This document shows positions 54,960-64,000 of a stretch of DNA of 64,000 bases, in pieces. How positions within the stretch are numbered: position 1 is the first letter of the stretch; every line of letters starts with the position of its first letter. The notes below the pieces were generated by a model. That model was not told the origin of the DNA, did no database searches, and saw only the letters and a program-made list of their open reading frames with translations. The translations under genes and the position numbers were made by a program. The DNA is from Tubulanus polymorphus (lineage: Eukaryota; Animalia; Nemertea). The stretch spans positions 9,899,859-9,963,858 of the forward strand of contig NC_134036.1 of NCBI RefSeq assembly GCF_964204645.1, read 5' to 3'.

Positions 54960-57900
54960 TTATTTTGAAATCTTTCTTTTTTTAATCATGTTACTGACGC
55001 GTGTTCTGATCTGTAAGAGAGTTCGTGTTTTCAGAACCTGCGTTGCTTTATCTAGAAGTTCGCGGTTCGGCATTTTATTGCAACGGATGCAACTATGAAA
55101 AATCTGTTGAAATGTGTCATCTTCTTCTGCCGACCATCGCCTTTTAGTACCGGTACCCTTAGATTTCGTTTTGCCTGTTAAAAGAAATAAAATTCATCCA
55201 TTTTAATATTTTTTTTTGTATTTTAACCATCTTCGAATTCAATTATTAGTCCACATAAACATAAATGAACATATGTTTAATTTCTGAAATCAAACAAATA
55301 CCTAATTGTGATGGAATTTTTTAAGTTGTTTTTTTTTTCATGGAATTTAAAATATTAAGCTATATCAATACTAAGATATTAAGCTACTCATGCAGCTGTG
55401 CACTCGGGCTAGTGTGTCAGGGTTTTGATAACGCGGCAATGTCGATGTCATCAAGTTTGAATCCCTGCCAAGGAGGATGAGTATGTGGTTCTAGCTAAAT
55501 TTCATGTAAAAGGGCATATGATAATTTCAATAATACAACTATTCAATGGTATTTGGTGGACATTCTAAGACAGTAACTAGGGGAATGTAGCTGGTGAATT
55601 ATTCATTTAATCACGTCACACTCGACAACATTGATAGAACATGTCACAGGCATAATTTTTTGCAATTTATGGTGTTATGATTTAAATTACGATTGCTCAT
55701 ATTTCAATATTCAGTGCTGGCTGAGAAACAAACGAAGAAATAGTAATTGTGGGTTTAAACGGGATCAATTTATATATTGATTTATTATCATTATTACTAT
55801 TATCATTATTATTAATCTACCTTTTATCATTTATTCATGCGGTCTAACCAGGGATTGATTAACCGAAGTTAACTGAATATACAAATATGTATGTAACTTA
55901 CCAATATCCACACGTGTTAAACTTTTTGAAATGCATGGTTCATCTTCAACTGAAAATAAATAAAATGAATCGTAGGGAGGCTAAAACCACATCAATTTAT
56001 TTACTAATTTATCCATTTTCTATAAATTCATTCATACGGTTTAAGTTAACTGAACATACATATAAGTAACTCACCAGTATCCACACAGATTTCCAGACTT
56101 GAACTGCATGGTTCATCTTCAATTGAAAATAAATGAAAGAAACTGTAGTATGAACCCCAAACGCTCAATTCAAGACGAAAATAGACAAGAGGCCCATGGG
56201 CCTTGAAGCATTGGTAGATTATACTGTGGTATTAAGTGGTTATAATGTTTTACATCTGCCGGCAAATCTTCTATGACGATGTTGATTGGGAGGACCACAG
56301 ACTTAAAGGTCTATTTGTCTAGTACGATTTTATCCCTGAAAATGAATCTATTTTCTGCCGATCAATTTAGCCGGTAGGACTCGAACCCACTTGTAACTCA
56401 GCATTGATAGTGGATTCAATAGCATCACGCCTTATCTCACTGAGCTACCGAGGCCGCTCGATTCAATTCCAAAAAAACTACAGCAGCGGCAAATAACCAT
56501 CGCTATATTGCAATTTACGACAAACAACGCGTAAATTCAATCACTGTTGTTTAACGCATGGAAAAGATGATAAAAGGTATTTTTTCCCGGCGCGCATTAC
56601 AAAGCGAATCTCTACCGAGTGCGTAAGAAAGTGCTACCGCCTTATGAGTGTGCAGCAGGCGGATAGGGCGCCCTAAAAAGAAAACTTATATTAGAATATA
56701 GCCGAATACCGTTAGATGTTTCGTGTCATCATGAAATGGTTTTAACTTTAGTAAAGGCGTTCCCGCACGATCACATACGGGTTTCAGTCTCGAGTAGGCT
56801 GCCGTTCCACTGCTCTAGAAATACGTATTCTGACGCTGAGAATTAATCCCAAATAATCCCATGGATACTGATAGTTGGAATAACAGTGATATCCAAACAC
56901 TGTGATATCTATAAACCGGAGGTACATAATTTTATGTTTTTACTATTCAGAAGAGGCTGTTCCCCATTCTTTACTGCCAATGTCAATACGGACATATCGC
57001 TACGTGATTGTTTACCCGCTCTCAGCAACCAGATAATGAACAAGAAAAATGCGATCGAATAATTTTTTGGACCATTAAATCAGAAATCTGGCGACGCTAT
57101 GTTGTGGGGAATAATTGAAACATTTTTTTAGTCATTTTCAGCTGTTTCTAATGTTTTACGTGAATGGAGTAACAATTTGAAGTTACTATGAAAATGAGAA
57201 GAGTCGGCGCTATTTTTTCGTACTACTTTTTTCAATCCATTTTACTAGCATTGGCATGACGTCATAGACGTCAACCAATGCTAAAAAACTACACACCTGC
57301 GCTGCAGAAATTTTTGGAAGTAGCCAATGCAGAGATATCTTCACCGCTGTTGTCGGCACTGCTGTCGGCACTGCTGTCGTCATCGAAAGAAGGAAGATCT
57401 GAAAAATTACTGTGAATGATATGCCTGGTCTAATCTATTCAGTATGGCATGAAGAATACAGGAACATCTGCTCACTATTTCAAGAAATTTGTGCATGACA
57501 TGGGCAACAGTTTTGCAATTCATTGAGGTAACAAAATATGTCTAGGTTCCAATACAAACTGAAATACCATATTATTTAGCTTATCCATGCCCCTGGAGGA
57601 GGCCTTAGAATTGACCATGTACTGATCAATGTTGCCAAGCACCACTTCGTTGTTACACATCGTTCAGATAAGCATGTTACAGCATTTAACAGGCATATCA
57701 TAACAATCTGACAAGCCAAAGTTAGTGAGACCAATAAGCAATGCCGCAAAGTGGAAGGCTCCGCGAGAAAACTGTAAAAATAAAAAGCTATGGAGATGTG
57801 ATTTCCTATAAGTTCTGAGACATTCTGGGAGCATGAATTTGGTGAAGTTAAAGTCTGTTTGTCTGTAATGTGCAACCTAACATAAAATTAATGAACAATA

Positions 57901-60900
57901 GTGAATGGGACTCGGCTTAATGATCATAATCACTGTTACAACTGAAATTACTCAGCAACAGGTAGAACTAGGGGTCCAGGGACACTATGCCCACTTGGGA
58001 AGTGGTTTCAAATGTCCAACAATCTAACAATTTCAATATTCAACGCCCCCTGGTGACCATATAGAAAACCAATGACCTTGAAACTAACCACAATCATAGA
58101 ACATGTCAGCAGCTACGATTTTGTAATTTATTGTGATAACAAAATATAACAAAATATGCCTCGTTACCAATTCAATATGGAAATACTAAGTTATTCTACT
58201 ATTCAACGCCCCCTGGTGACCATATTCAAAACCTAATGTTCTTGAAAGTCACCACAATCATTGAACATGTCATGAGCTTCAACTTTGCAATTGGTCATGG
58301 TAACAAAATATGCCTCGGTAAGAATATAATAAGGATATACTAAGTTATTCTATAAGTCAACGCCCCCTAGTGGCCATATAGAATAACTTATGTCCTTGAA
58401 ACTCACCACAATCATAGATGATGTCATTAGCTACAACTTTGCAATTGATTGTGCTAACAAAATATGCATTGGTACAAATATAATATAGAAATACTAAGAT
58501 ATTGTATTATTCAATGCCCCCTGGTGGCAATATACAAAAACCAATGACCTCGAAACTCACCACAATCATAGAACACGTTATAAGCTACAACTTTCTAATT
58601 CATCGTTGTAAAATATGCCTAGATATCAATAAATTTGTCGAAAAACTTTTTCCCACTTACGAATGAGTACTGATGACACCAAGATGGCCGCCAATTGCGT
58701 CATTGGGCACTAAAAAAGAATACGACAGCCATCTTGAGTCAGATCGACCCAATTATTCTTATGCTGATGGGCCCTTGGTAGAATCAGATATAAACTAAAG
58801 ATCAAGGTAATTGATCAAAGCATCTTCAAAATTTCCCTCGAAAACTTCGAAAATGTGTAAAAAGTGCTGATTTTGGCGAACAACAAGGGCTGCCAGTCGA
58901 CCATCTTGAATCTGACAGGGCCAGTTTTTGGGCTAAAGATGTGTCTAGGACAACACCAGTTAAACCAGCTCCACCTGGTGGTGAATCACTGATAATATCA
59001 TTACAATTGAAACCCACCACTATCAGAGAACAAGTCAGCAGCTACGATTTTGTAATTGATTGTGATAAAAAAATATGCCTCGTGACCAATTTAATATGGA
59101 AATACAAAGTTATTCTACAATTCAACGCCCCTGATGACCATATTCAAAACCCAATGACCTCGAAACTCACCACAATCATAGAACATGTCATGATTTACAA
59201 CTTTGCAATTGATCATGGTAACAAAATATGCCTAGGTAACAATAATTTTTGGAAGTAGCCAATGCCAGGGGGCATTGAATAGAAGAATAACTTAGTAATT
59301 CCTTATTAATAAGGAAATACTAAGTTATTCTACTATTCAATGCCCCCTGGTGACCATATAGAATAACAAATGTCCTTAAAACTCGCATCAATCATAGATG
59401 ATGTCCTGAGCTACAACTTTCCAATTGATTGTGGTTACAAAATATGCATAGGTACGTTTAATAAAGAAATGCTAAGATTTTGTATTATTCAACGCCTTCT
59501 GGTGGCCATATACAAAATCCAATGACCTTGAAACTCACCACAATCATAGAACACGTTATGAGCTACAACTTTCTAATCGATTGTGATACCATAATATGCT
59601 TAGGTATCAGTATAATGTGGAAAAACTTTTTCCCACTTACGAATTAATACTGATGACACCAAGATGGCCGCCAATTGCGTCATAATTGGCTGATGGAAAA
59701 TACCTGTCTCAGGAATAAAACATCCCTTTCCAAAGAATACCCATCACAAATTGCAATGAGAAATGGCAAACCAGTAGGAAGCTACAGGATTCAGAATTAG
59801 GGCCAAAATTAACATTTTTGGGCACTAAAAAGGTCATAGGACGGCCATCTTAATTCCGATCAACCTAATTTTTGTTATGCTGATGAACCCCGGAGAGATT
59901 CACATATAACAGAAAGATCAAAGTAATTGAGCAAAGCCTCTTCAAAATTTCCCCCAAAAAGTTCAAAAATGTGTAAAAAGTGCTGATTTTGGCGAACAAC
60001 AATGGCTGCCAGTCGGCCTTGATTCTGACAGGGCCAGTTTTTGGGCTGAAGGTGTGTCTAGGGTAGATACATGTGTAACCCAAATATCAAGACATTACCT
60101 TGAAGCGTCTTCAAAGCTTCCCAAAATAACTGGATTCCGTCTACAGACGGACGACGGATGAAAAGTGAACGCGATAGCCCGCTGGGACTTGAGTCCCAAG
60201 TGGGCTAAAAACCACCTGATCGTCAACAGAGATGGTAAAATTCATGCAGGCTCCATGATGTCATGTCAATATCAGAATTCATGAAGAAGCAACTTCCAAA
60301 TGTTCATCATATGTAGAGTTACATATCATCAGCTTGTTGGATTTTGCAAGGGCTCAAAATAACATATTACCTGGTGAACATATACAATGACTAATATCTA
60401 TATGAGCTACAAATTTTAACTGAAAATAGGAAACATTGATATAATTGATCAAAGTGTCTACAAAATTTTCATTGGCAATTTTAACAAGGGTCTTAGGTCT
60501 AAACTGGGCTAAAAAGATATCTGTACATGTAAATAACTAAATTGATTTACCTTCAGTTGATATTTCTGAGAGTTGTTTTCCTTCCCATCTATTTACATGC
60601 CCAGCATCAACAGCAATCAATAGTTGAGAGACCTTCAAGAACAGGAGATAAGTGAAATGAATGCAAAATATACACTGAAGAATATACTCACTGGCCCTAT
60701 CTGGCTCTAAATTATTATGGTGTGAAGTAATGAAGACATCGAAAGTTGTTTCACCTTGGAAAGTTCTACTGTTGCACTAGAAAGCCTATAGTATTCTATA
60801 TGCGTTTTGACATCGTGACCCAAGTGCCTTGCCAAATATTCTACCTCCTTTGGAGCCATGTCTAGAATCTGTTAAAAGAAGCAACATAGTTTAAAATATC

Positions 60901-63900
60901 ATGTATTGTGTATATGCCATTTACTTACAAGGATTTTTTTGTGTGTGATGTAACATATAGCTTGGAGTGGATTATTGAGAACATATTTAACAAATAATAA
61001 GTATGTAATCAACTAATTAAATTCACTATTGAAAGTCCTGGCATCTCAAATGAATATTGAATGAGTTATCAAATTATTAGCTTCAATAAACTCTATTTTC
61101 GGGTACAGAAAACATGAGTTTGCCTCATGTATGCTTGTCATCATATCAAAAATTTATTATTGCTAAGGTACAGCCAAGATAGAACATTCCAATTGCAACT
61201 AAAGTGCAATCATTTCAATGGCGCACAAGGTTTTGTTAGGCATTTCTCCCGGAGTAATTAAACGCATAATGTGCCTTTGACATCGCATGTTAATCGACGG
61301 TGAGACTCAGATTGAGTGCACCCTAGATACCACTGACTTGCGCAAGACGTGCCTCCAAATGTCGAAACTTATATCTTGGCTGCACCATAGTTAACAAACT
61401 AAAATTGGTCAATAAACAAAATTTTCAGTTTTGTGAAGCGACTAATCGCATCAATACCTGTGAAACAGTAGCAATGTATTTTCGGAGAGAGGTTGAACAT
61501 ATCCTTTCTGGATAACTTATATTTGGACACGAAGTCACGATTTCTTTCAGTTCTGTATTTCCAGTGAAGGGAGTGATCGCATTTGGCCGCGCAAACACAT
61601 ATGCGTTAGCTTTCAGGGTCCCGACAGTATCTCTCTTAGCATTCAAAATATCTATAGCAGACTTCGCCTCTGGTGGCAATAAAATGAAACTTTCAACATT
61701 TTTCCTTGATTTACCAGCGCATACCACCATATCCATTCTAGTGAGCAAAAAAACAATTATATGAAGTAAAGGTCATGATATTGGCTAAACATATAATCAA
61801 CCTAAATAGCTCATACCTTTTGGCTAGTAAAATGTCCATTGGTTTTAAAGACGACTTCATTTCATCATTCATTATTTGATGCCATTTTGGACGATTCAGA
61901 TATTCACACAGTTTTAAATCTTTCACTTCCGCTCTTCGCCTTTCATTAAATAATATCAGTCGAGACATAGTGACCTTTGCCAGATCCACCCAGGTTTTCT
62001 TATCCAGAGTGCTTAGTAAGAGTTTGGACTTCTCCCTCATTTTTTCAATCATGAAATCTCTTAGTAGCTTCAGATCATTTGTAACCGGAATCAACGGTAC
62101 TTTTTTCATCTTTTCTTTGACGATTTTCTTGGTTCCGACAGAATTCACACGGAAGTTCCACTCTGATTCAAAAAGAAGCTTAAATGCTTTGGCTTTTTCA
62201 CATTGGGTATTTCCATCTTCTAATCTCAAATACATGCCAATTTTAATCAAAATTACATGGCTCAAAATATTTCCGATATAGCTACACAGCGAAAATGCTT
62301 GTTTTTCTTTCGAAAATGCCAATGACTTAGTGGTTTTAACAACTAGGTCAAATTTTGCCGGATCAATCAGTTCATTTAACGTAATGTTGGCTTCATGTTT
62401 ACATGCTTCTTGGACTAACCGAGCCAATGTGCGTGCACAAGCACTTACCCGATGCATGTCGTTTAATTTCCTATCATCTCTATCACCGAGCGATTCGACT
62501 CGTAGACTGGAATATCTCCTAATAAGTTCGTCATTCATTACAATCTCCTTTATGCCATCGTCTCTCATACGCTCCAGCATTTGCGCTAGAAATTGGTCAC
62601 TTTCATTATTATTTCCAAAGACTGCACTTAAGAGTAGTGACCTGCCTCTTCTTACGGCATTCGCTGATCTAGCTTCTTCAGTGCCATTATCTATATCTCT
62701 TTGAATAGATAAGTGTCTTAAGGCTGCTTCACATCGCTTAACATGCAACCACAGTGTTGATTTATGTATAAACTTTTTACAGTATTCGCAAGGCAGGTAT
62801 TCATGTGGTGGTCCTTGACCTTTATCACGAGACGATCGACGGGCGATAACAAGGTAACCATTTCCTGTTTCGAGCACTTCACAATTGTGGTTAAAATTAC
62901 CCTCATTTGCAAGCATATTTAGCTGAAAAATCCGTTCTTTCGACTGCTTCGGCATTAATAGGATGCTGTATACTCTTGGTTGATCTTTGTGAGCAGCGAG
63001 TAAGTGGCGCGATATCTTACTCTTTATTCCTTTTTTACAGAATACACAATAGCTAACTTTATCATATACCTGTTTCTTCCCAGGTTTTACTTTGTTTTTT
63101 TCAGAGATTGATACTTTAGCAGGGGAAGTAGGCTTGACCTTAGCGCAAATACTATGCGACAGGTGATCCATTGATGGTTCTAGTGGGAATTTAGATACAT
63201 CAAGAAAAGGAATAACATCAGATTCAGCATCTGAAATCGAACTGTCTTCCATATCTTCACTGTCATTGGAAAAGTCATCTACGTTAAAATCTGAGTCATT
63301 CTCATCTGAAGGCGAGGAATCCAAGTCGTTGTTATTAAAATCAATCTCATCAGTATCAATGGAGGGTTCTTCTGCAGGGAGTTGAATGGGTTCCACCACA
63401 AGACTTGCTTTGCAGGTGTCAACTGGGAAAGGAAGACATGATTCTTTCGTACAACTGTTTTCACAGGCGTCAACTAAGGAAACTGGACAGGATTCTACCA
63501 AATGACTGTCATCGCAGGGCTCAACTGCAGGAAGGTGACAGGATTCTAGCTTAAGCCGCTTTTTGGAGGGCTCAACTGTGGAAAGTTCACAGGATTCAAC
63601 CAGACGACTGTGTTTGCAGGCCATAGCTGCAGCAAGTTGACAAGAATCTACCATATGACCTTCTCCACAGGCGTCAACGGATCGAACTTGACAATATTCT
63701 ACCATACGACTGTCTTTGCAGGCCGTATCTGCAGGCGATTGACATGATTCTTCCATAGGACTGTCGTTGTAGTCTGCTACTGCGGGAAGGTGACAATAAT
63801 CTACCATACGACTGTCTTTGCAGGCTGTAACTGCAGGCGATGGACACAATTCTACCATACGACTGTTTTTGCAGTCTGCTACTGCTGGAAGCTGATAATA

Positions 63901-64000
63901 ATCTACCATACGACTCTCGTTGGAGGTGCAGTCAGCTACTGCTGGAAGCTGACAAAATTCTACCATAGGACTGTCTTTGCAGAGTGTAACTGCAGGCAAT
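54960..64000 (-). CDS. Second YR-Myb gene, 5'-truncated by the window (>64000-61817, 61737-61458, 60868-60755, 60632-60551, 57398-57297, 55174-54960)
   Basis: In-phase splicing gives Cys-rich repeats, an acidic tract, a zinc finger, LFNERRRAEV, AGKSRK, STSLRKYIATVSQ, HLGHDVKTHIEYYRL and KRRWSAEEDDTF...RTLLQIRTRVSN then stop. Confidence 0.88.
55865..56140. repeat. Diverged direct repeat with ~177-bp spacing
   Basis: aagttaactgaa...ccacac...gcatggttcatcttcaa.tgaaaataaat occurs twice. Confidence 0.7.
56235..56456 (-). mobile_element. tRNA-derived SINE
   Basis: Minus strand ggcctcggTAGCTCAGTGAG (A box) ... GGTTCGAGTCC (B box) followed by a non-tRNA body; no clean cloverleaf. Confidence 0.65.
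57966..60210 (-). mobile_element. Two adjacent HINE/DINE-like copies in an intron of gene 2
   Basis: actaggggtccagggacac end at 57968; two runs of central tandem repeats; gacggacg...gggacttgagtcccaagtgggctaaaaa end at ~60210. Confidence 0.8.
63390..64000 (-). repeat. ~48-bp coding repeat (DSRMVEYCQLPAVADCK-like) in gene 2
   Basis: Visible in the 753-aa ORF and in the DNA (ctaccatacgactgtc recurring). Confidence 0.85.

Larger units (their letters stand above)
46859..64000 (-). mobile_element. Putative second YR (Crypton-like) element, running off the window; left boundary inferred
   Basis: Contains a homologous YR-Myb gene; a recurring TATTGGG motif begins right after the (CA)n tract. Confidence 0.45.

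Noticed and set aside
56370-56456. Functional tRNA gene
   Set aside because: A and B boxes are present but there is no convincing acceptor or anticodon stem; better explained as a SINE head.

Overview
AT-rich, intron-containing eukaryotic DNA, probably from a marine invertebrate (an echinoderm is a guess). It consists almost entirely of mobile and repetitive sequence, and no ordinary host gene was recognised. The main result is a candidate ~41.6-kb tyrosine-recombinase (Crypton-like) element at 2458-44054. It lies between two compound (TA)n(TATG)n(TA)n microsatellites, has weakly inverted termini, and carries many copies of an internal GGGGTG motif. I assembled by hand a minus-strand spliced gene in it that the ORF track only shows in fragments: KMT5A/PR-Set7-like SET domain, ~1090-aa Ser-rich tandem-repeat exon, poly-Asp, zinc finger, tyrosine recombinase, Myb/SANT-like tail. 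One junction just after the SET domain is unresolved and there is one frameshift. The element also contains a 13.7-kb higher-order tandem array, a 7.2-kb MULE (SWIM + PHD transposase), MITEs, a Penelope-type palindrome and Helentron-associated (HINE/DINE-like) repeats. A second, strongly diverged gene of the same family (54960 to >64000) has intact visible exons and shares four intron positions. Its element may end at a (CA)n tract near 46858. All exon calls are manual reads of splice sites and reading phase; no database searches were run.
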